A stretch of DNA of 64,000 nucleotides from a virus. A program made the translations under genes and the position numbers. Under the pieces are notes generated by a model that saw only the letters and a list, made by a program, of their open reading frames with translations, had not been told where the DNA came from and made no database searches. Shown piece after piece: positions 48,010-56,488 of this stretch; the stretch's first letter is position 1, and each line of letters opens with the position of its first letter. Location of the stretch: the IMG/VR virus record IMGVR_UViG_3300014775_002125, positions 66,965 to 130,964 of that record; one strand, 5' to 3'.

Positions 48010-48462
48010 ATGAAGAAGAAAACTGAACTACTATTTGAAAGCCGAGTTGCTGCTAACTTCATGCAGTCCGCTGGTCTTTCACGAGAAACCTCAAACAACC
48101 TACTTGAAGAGATGTATGGTTCCTCCATCGATGAGTACGGAGATCTCTATGAGGTGGAAGAGGAAGAGATGGAAACAGATGTCGAGGGTGAAGAAGCTCC
48201 CGAAGGAATGGGTGACGAGCCAATGAGTGAACCCGTCGGTGACGAGCCAATGGATGAGCCAATGGGTGACGATTCTGGTAAAGAGGCTAAACTAGAACAA
48301 ATCTTCAAAGATCTTGCTGATCTAGTTGGCGTTGAAGTAGAAGTCGAAGGTGGTGGTGAACCAATGGACGAGCCAATGGACGAGCCAATGGGTGACGAAG
48401 AACTCGAAGAGATGGACGATGCGGTTCTTGAAGAAACTGTGAGAGCTATTCTAGCTAAGTAA
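48010..48462 (+). CDS. Acidic low-complexity protein with DEPM repeats (scaffold/internal-protein-like)
   Basis: AGGAG RBS; GACGAGCCAATG repeats; shares VEVEVEGG with the scaffold. Confidence 0.6.
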   Translation: MKKKTELLFESRVAANFMQSAGLSRETSNNLLEEMYGSSIDEYGDLYEVEEEEMETDVEGEEAPEGMGDEPMSEPVGDEPMDEPMGDDSGKEAKLEQIFKDLADLVGVEVEVEGGGEPMDEPMDEPMGDEELEEMDDAVLEETVRAILAK

Positions 48463-48488
48463 ACTAAAACTAAATAAGAAAGGGATGT

Positions 48489-49109
48489 ATGATGTCTGAA
48501 GTCGAAAACAACGAAGACTACGAGATCGTCATTACCCCTGAAAACGATGAAGAGGGTCTTGAGGTTAAAGTGCAGCAAGACCCTTTTTTTGTTCTCAGTG
48601 GTGGGCTTGACGACGAGAATGTTGAGGGCCTTTTGAATTTCCTAATTGCTGCTCTAGAGCATGATGGAGAGATTGATTTGTTGAAGATTTACATGAGTAC
48701 TCCGGGAGGTTGTTCGGACTCTGCTCATGGGCTAACAGATCTGATGGTACTTTTGCAGGACATGGGTAAGATTATTGAGACGTTCGCTGTTGGTACTTGT
48801 ATGTCTGCTGGTGTTATGTTAGTTTCTTGTGGTACTCATGGTTTTCGGAAGGCCACTAAGTACACTAGGTTTATGATTCATCCAGTAATTGCGGGCCTTC
48901 CTGCGGGTACTGCTCCAGAGATTGAGGTGAATAACAAAGAAACTCAGCGTCACCAGAAAGATTATGTTGACAAATTGGTAATGATGAGTAGTATGGAAGA
49001 CAAGGAGTTGCTCAGAAAGAAACTAAAGAAGATCATGAAGAAGAACACTGATTATTTCTTTAGTGCTGAGGAAGCTTTGGAACTAGGGTTTATTGATATT
49101 ATTGTTTGA
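48489..49109 (+). CDS. clpP: ClpP-family serine protease
   Basis: STPGG; CMSAG (Ser), FMIHP (His), TDYFFSAEEALELGFID (Asp). Confidence 0.88.
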   Translation: MMSEVENNEDYEIVITPENDEEGLEVKVQQDPFFVLSGGLDDENVEGLLNFLIAALEHDGEIDLLKIYMSTPGGCSDSAHGLTDLMVLLQDMGKIIETFAVGTCMSAGVMLVSCGTHGFRKATKYTRFMIHPVIAGLPAGTAPEIEVNNKETQRHQKDYVDKLVMMSSMEDKELLRKKLKKIMKKNTDYFFSAEEALELGFIDIIV

Positions 49110-49133
49110 AATTGTTAGGGAGGTTTTTGTAGT

Positions 49134-50735
49134 ATGATTGTTAAAAATGTTGAAATGTCTGATAAGATTTTAGAGGCCTGTGAGGTGATGAGCAGTACTG
49201 TCGGTGCTACTTTTGGTCCGAACAGTGGTCTTGTGTTGTTGAGTAATGGCACTGATAAACCTTTCTTGACTAAAGATGGGGTGACAGTCGCTGCTAACTT
49301 GACTCACGATGATCCTGCGGTCGATGCGGTTCTCAAGGTTCTGCTTCAAGCTTCTGAGAAGACTGCTGATGAAGCTGGTGATGGTACGACGACTACTGCT
49401 ATTTTGGCGACGAAGGCTCTGGTGGAATACTATCAGAGTCGAGGGGAACTTAATAATCCTTTCATGGTTGTGCGTCATTTGAAGGAGATCTTGAAGTTCA
49501 TTAAAGGTTACATTGGTGAGACTTTGATGATTGATGTTGATACCTTTGAGAAGATTGAGAAGGTTGCGTTGACTTCTACAAACGGTGACAAGGAACTCTC
49601 AGCGATTGTCAGGGAGTGCTTTGAACGTGTGGGTGTCGATGGTAACTTCACGATTGAGGCAAAACTTGGAGAGCCTTATGTGCGCGAGACAGTTGGCTAT
49701 GAGTATGACGCTGGATACAACTCTCGTAACTATGTCAGGCACCAAGAGGGTTCTACACTGAAGTTTAAAGATGCGATTGTCTTGACTGTGGGTAGGATTC
49801 TGGGGCGTGACGATGTTGAGGGCGGGCTTGTGACGGCCATGGAGTTCGCTAGTAGGGCCGATAAACCTCTGGTAGTTATTGCTCACGACTTCGATCAGGC
49901 TATTATTTCAATGTTTGTCAACGCTATGCTTCAGGGGAAACTTAAGTGTTGTACCATGAAGGCTTGTGAGTTCGGTGAGGATCAGGAGTCTTTCCTCAAG
50001 GATTTGTCAGTAATTACAGGCGCCTATTTGTTTGATCATCTGTCTACTAAGAAGCTAGCTGAGATTACCTTTGAGGACTTTGGACATGTTGAGCAGGCTT
50101 TGATTGGTGTCTCTAATAGTACTTTCATTGGCTCAAGTGCGAACGAAGAAGATATTGATAACCATGTGGAGAAACTAAAAGACTTCTACACTGGTGAGCA
50201 AGACGGATACCTCAAGGAAGTTATTCAGAAGAGAATTGGTAGACTTGAGAGCCATTCAGTTTTCTTGAACGCTGGAGGTTCTACTCAGCAGGAACTTGTA
50301 GAGAGATCACACAGACTTGAGGATGCTCTACGCGCTTCTCTTGAGGCTAAGGAGTGTGGTGTTGTTCCCGGTTCTGGTGTGAGTTACTACAGGATCGCTC
50401 AGGCTATTGAAGAGAAGTTTGGCAATGAGGCTGATAGAGATTTGGTCTTGGCTACAAAAATTCTAAAAACTTCTCTGCTAGAACCATCCTCTAGACTATT
50501 TAGTACTAGTGGGTGCGGAAAGGCATCCAGTCTGCTTGAATACATCCGTAATGACTCAGAGTGGACAGGAGTTGATTTGAAGTCAGAGTGGCCGAATATC
50601 ACTAAATGCGACCTTCTAGAAGCTGGTGTGGTAGACTCTAGACAAACATGTGAGAGCGCGATAGAGAATGCAATCTCAGTTTGTGCGACTTTGATCGCCT
50701 GTGCAGGAGGGGTACTTTTCCACAAGGGCGACTAA
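49134..50735 (+). CDS. groEL: Group I chaperonin (diverged GroEL)
   Basis: TFGPN, TKDGVTVA, GDGTTT, RLEDAL, GVVPGSG, GVVD. Confidence 0.92.
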   Translation: MIVKNVEMSDKILEACEVMSSTVGATFGPNSGLVLLSNGTDKPFLTKDGVTVAANLTHDDPAVDAVLKVLLQASEKTADEAGDGTTTTAILATKALVEYYQSRGELNNPFMVVRHLKEILKFIKGYIGETLMIDVDTFEKIEKVALTSTNGDKELSAIVRECFERVGVDGNFTIEAKLGEPYVRETVGYEYDAGYNSRNYVRHQEGSTLKFKDAIVLTVGRILGRDDVEGGLVTAMEFASRADKPLVVIAHDFDQAIISMFVNAMLQGKLKCCTMKACEFGEDQESFLKDLSVITGAYLFDHLSTKKLAEITFEDFGHVEQALIGVSNSTFIGSSANEEDIDNHVEKLKDFYTGEQDGYLKEVIQKRIGRLESHSVFLNAGGSTQQELVERSHRLEDALRASLEAKECGVVPGSGVSYYRIAQAIEEKFGNEADRDLVLATKILKTSLLEPSSRLFSTSGCGKASSLLEYIRNDSEWTGVDLKSEWPNITKCDLLEAGVVDSRQTCESAIENAISVCATLIACAGGVLFHKGD

Positions 50736-50739
50736 TTGA

Positions 50740-51132
50740 ATGAAGACCTATAACATAGACGTCGAAACAGCACTACAAAAAGTGATTGAAAACCAGATGG
50801 ATGCGAGGGAAAGATCAGCAACGATCATCGCAAACATTAAAGATATGCACCACAAGATCGAGCAGTTAGAAGAGGATGTAAAGGGTAGCAGTAATAATTT
50901 TGTTGACATTGTACAAAGGTTCACAGAGATTACTCCACAGATTCAGAAGATCCAGTTGTTAGAAGAGATCATTTTGAACCATAAGGAGCCTCAGAAAAGC
51001 CTACAATGGCAAGTTACTGATTCCCAAGAACGCTGGAAAAGGTTCGATAAGTATCGCTGGTTGTTGATCACTGGGGTTTCTGGTTTGACGTTTACGACTT
51101 TAGGTCTGTTGATCAAACAAATCATAGGATAA
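50740..51132 (+). CDS. Coiled-coil protein with C-terminal membrane anchor
   Basis: Heptad pattern plus terminal hydrophobic helix. Confidence 0.55.
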   Translation: MKTYNIDVETALQKVIENQMDARERSATIIANIKDMHHKIEQLEEDVKGSSNNFVDIVQRFTEITPQIQKIQLLEEIILNHKEPQKSLQWQVTDSQERWKRFDKYRWLLITGVSGLTFTTLGLLIKQIIG

Positions 51133-51136
51133 AACA

Positions 51137-51331
51137 ATGAACCTAACAAAAATTGATGGTAGCACATTGAGCCTCTCTCCATCTAGTATCAAAGCTATTC
51201 AAAGCATTGTACAGGACGGTAAGAGTTTGACCAAAGTTACCACGAACGCTGGAGATTTTCTTGTAGTAGAATCTCTAGATCAAGTAAACGAAAGACTACG
51301 ACAAGCACCTCGACAACTTCTCCTCGGATAA
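51137..51331 (+). CDS. FlbD/SwrD-like small protein
   Basis: LTKIDG..LSPSSIKAI..VVESLDQV matches the FlbD pattern by eye. Confidence 0.5.
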   Translation: MNLTKIDGSTLSLSPSSIKAIQSIVQDGKSLTKVTTNAGDFLVVESLDQVNERLRQAPRQLLLG

Positions 51332-51426
51332 TCTTCCAAAAAACTTCAGAAACACCTTGACATTCCCTCAAATCTTTAGTAATATATAAAGCAAGGAAGA
51401 GAAACTTATATATACTACTGGAGGTT

Positions 51427-51816
51427 GTGATGGATACCAAGAGAACTTTACTTAGTCCACTAATAGTTTCCAACGCTTCTTATCTGTTGGCTTCTTTGGC
51501 TGCTTCAGGTAGGGAGTGTTATCTTCTTTCTGTGTTGCTACTAGCAAACTTCTTGCTGTCTGTAGTCTACCACCTGAATAGAGAGAGAAGGTTCAGGGGC
51601 CTTGATGTTTTCTTTGCACATGTAAGCGTAGCCCATGTTCTTTTGTTGGTCGCTACAGGTTGCTTTGAGATTCTCAGTGCCTTTGTTGGACTTATTGTTT
51701 TCCTGTTGTCCCTTCATTATCATAACCTAGATGAGATACACGAAGATTCTTATGAATTTAATCACACAGTCTGGCATATTCTGTCAGGGCTTTCAGTAAT
51801 TATCATGTGCTTATAG
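51427..51816 (+). CDS. CREST-superfamily (hemolysin III/ceramidase/TMEM8-like) membrane protein
   Basis: SN, SVVYH, LD and HTVWH motifs in hydrophobic helices. Confidence 0.6.
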   Translation: MMDTKRTLLSPLIVSNASYLLASLAASGRECYLLSVLLLANFLLSVVYHLNRERRFRGLDVFFAHVSVAHVLLLVATGCFEILSAFVGLIVFLLSLHYHNLDEIHEDSYEFNHTVWHILSGLSVIIMCL

Positions 51817-51825
51817 GAGAAATAA

Positions 51826-52296
51826 ATGCAAGGTTACAAAGAATATCAAGAAAAACTAGAGACTTTACTAGAGTTTAGTCCACAAACTCATGACATGGAA
51901 ATCCTTCAAGTCCCTGTTATTGTTTCTATTCCTAAGTCAGCTAAGAACAAAGAGGGAATCTTTATTGGGGTTGACCGTTTAAAGCAAGACCTACGAGGGG
52001 TTGAAGACATTACCACCGTGAACAGTTTGGATCAGGTCCGTACAGAGAACTTCTTGGTTGTCAAACTTATTATTAAAATTAACATGAGGTCTGTGCCGGA
52101 TGAACCTTCTGTTTTTATTAGACGTAAGCTAGTGCCAAGAATTAAAGAACTGTTCGCTAGGAAGGATGTTTATGTTGAAGGTGACTCACCAAGACTTGTA
52201 AGGACTGGTAAGCCAGACTTTCCGAAAAGGAAGCGTCGTGTCAATAAAAACCCATTCGAAAAACAGAAAGATAAGTTCGCTGGTAAGGTCGATTAG
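51826..52296 (+). CDS. Hypothetical protein
   Basis: AGGAG RBS. Confidence 0.55.
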   Translation: MQGYKEYQEKLETLLEFSPQTHDMEILQVPVIVSIPKSAKNKEGIFIGVDRLKQDLRGVEDITTVNSLDQVRTENFLVVKLIIKINMRSVPDEPSVFIRRKLVPRIKELFARKDVYVEGDSPRLVRTGKPDFPKRKRRVNKNPFEKQKDKFAGKVD

Positions 52297-52312
52297 AAAA
52301 CTGGGAGGGGTT

Positions 52313-52933
52313 ATGGAAAGCTTTAAAAAACTAAAAAAAGCACTTGACAGAGAAGATATTAAGGTATATGTTGGGGGAGAACATTGTTTCTTAATTGTTG
52401 ATAATGATGAGAACTGGGTGTTAGAGGAGAGGACAGACTGGGAGAGACAGTGGGAATTCCTCGCCCCTTACAGTAGACAGGGTGTGTTCGTAGTCTTTGA
52501 TGATGGCGACATGAACTTAGAGATTCTCAGAAGGCAAGGTGCTAGACTGATAGATGTCAGGTCCGTGTTGGAAGCTCATAACCCACTCTCAGGTACACAC
52601 AACGCTTCTCTAGAGTTGGCGTCGAGGATCTTTAGTGGTTCGAAACTAAGCAGTGATCTCAGAGAAAGTGCAGAGCTTTACTGTAAGATCTTGAAGTTCT
52701 ACAGGTCTGCTAGTATCTGGGAGAAAATGTCTGTTACGATTACTACAAAGTTCTATCAATACTTCTCGTCAAGGTTTACTGAGAAAGAGGTTGTAGAGCG
52801 AGTAAATGCCAGTCGAGTATTTTTTAACGAAGAAGAGAAGAAAGACATTGACAAAGTTTTATTTAATGATATAGTAGAACTCAGAGCATTGAGACAAGAA
52901 CTAGAAACAAGCAGGAGAATAAAAGATGTCTGA
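52313..52933 (+). CDS. Hypothetical protein, possibly a degenerate RNase H-fold 3'-5' exonuclease
   Basis: D..IL..IDV..SL....LYC pattern; catalytic acids not evident. Confidence 0.3.
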   Translation: MESFKKLKKALDREDIKVYVGGEHCFLIVDNDENWVLEERTDWERQWEFLAPYSRQGVFVVFDDGDMNLEILRRQGARLIDVRSVLEAHNPLSGTHNASLELASRIFSGSKLSSDLRESAELYCKILKFYRSASIWEKMSVTITTKFYQYFSSRFTEKEVVERVNASRVFFNEEEKKDIDKVLFNDIVELRALRQELETSRRIKDV

Positions 52934-53507
52934 TGAAATTTTAGAAAACTGGAAAAGCTACCTTGAAGAAGTGGAGAGGTCAGATATTACAATCTATGGA
53001 ATCGATAGTGAAGAACATATACAAGACTGGGAAGAGGAAGAAGTGGAAGAAGATGAAGATTATGTGCCTGTTGTAGATCAAGCTTGGAAAATTACTACAA
53101 TTGGCACATCAAAAGATTTAGCCTTTGTTGCCGTTGATTTAACGGATAACAACAAGGTTTACGGAGCAGCCTACTTTTCTCGAAGTGGCAATGATTACTC
53201 TTTCGACGTAGAAGTCCACCCAGATGCCCAAGGAATGGGGGTTGCTGGGGAACTGATTGATGCATGTATAGAACGCTATAAAGAATATTATGACAGTTAT
53301 CATGACAGTTATTATGATGATGAGCTTCCCAAGCTGGGAGTACATGTAGTAAACAAAAATCTAGTCAAGCATTTAATCAAAAAAGGGTTTAAGATTGATC
53401 GAAAATCTCCTAATGGTGAAGAGTGGTGGATGGAGTATGTAGAAGATAGAAAATAATAGTATGTTAGAACTCAGAGCATTGAGACAAGAACTAGAAACAA
53501 GCAGGAG
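52875..53507 (+). repeat. Exact 43-bp direct repeats (52875-52917, 53465-53507) flanking a GNAT gene
   Basis: TAGAACTCAGAGCATTGAGACAAGAACTAGAAACAAGCAGGAG occurs twice. Confidence 0.92.
52926..53456 (+). CDS. GNAT-family acetyltransferase
   Basis: VHPDAQGMGVAGELI acetyl-CoA motif; KKGF. Confidence 0.8.
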   Translation: MSDEILENWKSYLEEVERSDITIYGIDSEEHIQDWEEEEVEEDEDYVPVVDQAWKITTIGTSKDLAFVAVDLTDNNKVYGAAYFSRSGNDYSFDVEVHPDAQGMGVAGELIDACIERYKEYYDSYHDSYYDDELPKLGVHVVNKNLVKHLIKKGFKIDRKSPNGEEWWMEYVEDRK

Positions 53508-53513
53508 GGTCAA

Positions 53514-53708
53514 GTGACTAACGAAACAGTGAACAAAGTGGCAGAAAAGATTGTGGAGAGGATCTTTGAATCCAGTCGAAGCGGATATACAAAAGGAGTT
53601 ATCCCAGACTTAAAACACAAAACGCTAGTCACAATTGAAAACCTGCTAAGACTTATGGACTATGAGGAGTTAGAAGAAGTTGAAAGACAAGTTGAAAATG
53701 GTGCTTGA
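53514..53708 (+). CDS. Small hypothetical protein
   Basis: AGGAGG RBS from the second repeat copy; GTG start. Confidence 0.5.
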   Translation: MTNETVNKVAEKIVERIFESSRSGYTKGVIPDLKHKTLVTIENLLRLMDYEELEEVERQVENGA

Positions 53709-53919
53709 ATCAATGGAAGACACAGAGATATTGGTCGAAGACTTTAACGAGGAGTACGACTATATCGAGATTGCTGAGGGCCACATCTATCACCACAAGG
53801 GCATCGATACTGTTGAGGTTCTTAGGAATGGAGACGGCATTCCCTATTACTTCCCAACGCCAGATGACACCGCTGATCTACGCAACATCTTAGAATGCCT
53901 TGACTTGGAGTTAGATTGA
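53698..53919 (+). CDS. Small acidic hypothetical protein
   Basis: ORF in overlapping chain. Confidence 0.45.
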   Translation: MVLESMEDTEILVEDFNEEYDYIEIAEGHIYHHKGIDTVEVLRNGDGIPYYFPTPDDTADLRNILECLDLELD

Positions 53920-54125
53920 TGAAAAAACCGAAAGTGATTGCAAGAGATGATTGGAAGCAGCTTGAAGGTATTCTGGAGCGTATTCTAGGGACCAGCAAGT
54001 CAGCAAAGAAAGAGTGGTTTAATGTTCCTATTGACTACTTTGATGGTAGGACACCGAAGCAAGTAATACAAAACGGAGAACTGAAAGAGCTACTGGAGTT
54101 CTTTGAGGTTATGTTGGAGGGTTAA
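53916..54125 (+). CDS. Stand-alone Xre/MbcA/ParS toxin-binding (DUF2384-like) domain
   Basis: ILG..AKKEWFNVP..FDGRTP..I..G..ELLEF. Confidence 0.7.
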   Translation: MMKKPKVIARDDWKQLEGILERILGTSKSAKKEWFNVPIDYFDGRTPKQVIQNGELKELLEFFEVMLEG

Positions 54126-54128
54126 CAG

Positions 54129-54386
54129 ATGGATTTGAGAGGCAACGCTCGAAGATTGACAGAGATTTTAAGGAAACAGGAAGAAGTCAAGGAGTCTCTG
54201 AGAGTCCGATTAAAAGGACACATCAAAAGACACAAGATCAAACAAAAGGATTTAGCTGACGCTGCTATGTTGAGCCAAGGGCGTGTCTCTCAGATCTTGA
54301 ACGGTACATTTGATCCATCACTTGAGAGATTGATTGTTCTCAGTGAGATTGCCGGATTAAGTGTGAAGGTGACGAACAGTGATTAA
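54129..54386 (+). CDS. XRE-family helix-turn-helix protein
   Basis: IKQKDLADAAMLSQGRVSQILNG..PSLERL. Confidence 0.85.
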   Translation: MDLRGNARRLTEILRKQEEVKESLRVRLKGHIKRHKIKQKDLADAAMLSQGRVSQILNGTFDPSLERLIVLSEIAGLSVKVTNSD

Positions 54387-54582
54387 CTGGTTTATTTTAA
54401 CTTTTTACACTTACACAGTATTAACTAGAGCGACTGATGGTAATGTGGAAGACACCTTCATTCCTATGATCCTCTTTGCGTTCTGTGTGTTTGCTATGGT
54501 AATCTGCTTCTTTTTTCTAGCTGCGGTCTTCGGGTTTGGTATGTTGGCCCAGCATCTAATCTTAATGTTTTGGAAAGGATAG
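54379..54582 (+). CDS. Small membrane protein
   Basis: Long hydrophobic stretch. Confidence 0.5.
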   Translation: MINWFILTFYTYTVLTRATDGNVEDTFIPMILFAFCVFAMVICFFFLAAVFGFGMLAQHLILMFWKG

Positions 54583-54584
54583 AC

Positions 54585-55247
54585 ATGAACAGAAAACTTA
54601 TTGTCTCTCTTGATTGTTCTTTGGCTAAGGCTTTAGAGATTGTTAAAGAGACAAAAGACATCGAACAAGTTTATGGATACAAAGTTGGTTTGCACCTAGC
54701 ATTGACGTTTGGTTTGATTCGAGCCTCTAATGAGATTAAACTGAGAGCGCCATTCAAGAAGGTTGTCTACGACCATCAGAAAGGTTGTACAGATGTCCCT
54801 CATGTTGGTAAGAACTTCGCAGACGTGGTTAAGACTACGAGAGTTGATGAGGTTATTCTTTTCCCGTTGACTGGCTTAGTGTCGTTAGAGAACTGGGTCA
54901 GGGAGCTACAGAAGAGAGATGTTCCAGTAATTATCGGCGGCAGGATGACTCACGATGGCTTCTCAAAGGAGGCAGGTGGGTTCATTACCACTGAGGATTC
55001 CTTGAAGATTTATCAGAAAGCCTCAGAGTTAGGTGTGGATCGATTCGTACTTCCACCAAAAGACTCTGAGTTCCACAAGAGATTCGTAGAAGTTGTAAAG
55101 TCTGATCACTTAATTTACAGTCCCGGATTTGGCGCTCAGGGTTGTGAAGAAAATAACTTTACAAATTATCCGATTGTTGGTAGAAGTATTTATAACTCTG
55201 ACAATGTACGTCAGGCAACTTTGGAATGGGTTGAAAAGATTTGCTAA
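54585..55247 (+). CDS. pyrF: Orotidine-5'-phosphate decarboxylase
   Basis: LIVSLD, YKVG, DHQKGCTDVPH, SPGFGAQG, IVGRSIY. Confidence 0.85.
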   Translation: MNRKLIVSLDCSLAKALEIVKETKDIEQVYGYKVGLHLALTFGLIRASNEIKLRAPFKKVVYDHQKGCTDVPHVGKNFADVVKTTRVDEVILFPLTGLVSLENWVRELQKRDVPVIIGGRMTHDGFSKEAGGFITTEDSLKIYQKASELGVDRFVLPPKDSEFHKRFVEVVKSDHLIYSPGFGAQGCEENNFTNYPIVGRSIYNSDNVRQATLEWVEKIC

Positions 55248-55267
55248 AGATTAAGAGGAGAAAGACT

Positions 55268-56287
55268 GTGAAAATTAAGAAAGCTTTGTGTTTCGATGAT
55301 GTTCTGCTTAGGCCACGTTTCTCTGACATTAGAAGTCGCTCTCAGGTTGACCTGTCAGTTAAGCTCAACGATAAGATTACTCTGAGGCTCCCATTCATCG
55401 CTAGCCCTATGGATACTGTCAGCGGCGTTCAGACTGCTATTGAACTTGGGAAACTTGGAGGACTCGCAATTATTCACAGGTACAACACAATCGACGAGCA
55501 GGTCTCAATGGTTGAGGAGGTTGTAAGTCATGGAGTTCCTGTAGGTGCTGCGATTGGCGCGACTGGGGACTTCAAAGAACGGGCTGACGCTTTGATTGCT
55601 GCTGGTGCTGGTGTGATCTGTGTGGACATTGCGAACGGCTACCATGTACTTATTAAGGAAGCTATGGATCACCTCAAAGCAAAACACAAAGATGTTTACT
55701 GGATGACTGGGAATGTCTCTTGTTTCGGTGGGTTCCTTTATAATTCACACGCTGGTTCTGACTGTGTTCGCGTAGGAATTGGAGGAGGATCTTGCTGCAC
55801 CACGAGAATCAAGACAGGCTGTGGTGTCCCTACGTTCTCTTCGGTACTGGATGCAAGCAAAGTTAAAAACCAAACAGAGTCTCATATCATTGCTGACGGT
55901 GGCCTAAAATCCTCTGGAGACATCGTAAAGGCACTCGCAGCAGGAGCAGACTTAGTAATGCTCGGCAGTCTCTTCGCTGGCACTGACGAGGCTCCGGGAG
56001 AGATTCTAGAGGTTGACGGCAGGAAGATGAAAGAGTTCCGAGGTATGGCTAGCAAAGACGCTCAGATGGACTGGAGAGGTAGTGCTGCTGGTGGTGTTGA
56101 AGGAGTCTCGACGCTCACTCCATACAAAGGCCCACTGAAAGATATTGTGGAGTCACTGGCCCAAGGAGTACGTTCAGGACTGTCTTATGTCGGTGCAAGG
56201 ACTATCGAAGAGCTTCAAGATAACCCAGAATTCATTGAGATTTCCTCCGGTGGACTAGCAGAATCTAAACCTCACGCCCTCAAATGA
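55268..56287 (+). CDS. guaB: IMP dehydrogenase / GMP reductase family protein (no CBS domain)
   Basis: [38 protein letters not shown]; IMPDH versus GMPR not resolvable by eye. Confidence 0.85.
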   Translation: MKIKKALCFDDVLLRPRFSDIRSRSQVDLSVKLNDKITLRLPFIASPMDTVSGVQTAIELGKLGGLAIIHRYNTIDEQVSMVEEVVSHGVPVGAAIGATGDFKERADALIAAGAGVICVDIANGYHVLIKEAMDHLKAKHKDVYWMTGNVSCFGGFLYNSHAGSDCVRVGIGGGSCCTTRIKTGCGVPTFSSVLDASKVKNQTESHIIADGGLKSSGDIVKALAAGADLVMLGSLFAGTDEAPGEILEVDGRKMKEFRGMASKDAQMDWRGSAAGGVEGVSTLTPYKGPLKDIVESLAQGVRSGLSYVGARTIEELQDNPEFIEISSGGLAESKPHALK

Positions 56288-56302
56288 CCTCAAAACCCCT
56301 CT

Positions 56303-56397
56303 AAATCTGCAAAAAACTGTTGATAGCCACCCTAAGTATCCCCCCAAAACTAATAATAATATCCCTTTTTCAAATAAAATCTGCAAAAAACTGTTGA
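56303..56397 (+). repeat. 21-bp direct repeat AAATCTGCAAAAAACTGTTGA (56303, 56377)
   Basis: Second copy runs into a TTGACA-16-TATACT promoter (56394-56421). Confidence 0.8.
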
Positions 56398-56488
56398 CAT
56401 CCAGATAAGCATGGGTATACTTACAGGTAAGAAGAAACTTGTAATGACAGCAAGATTTATTAGAACACTTTAGAAGGAGGTAAAAATT

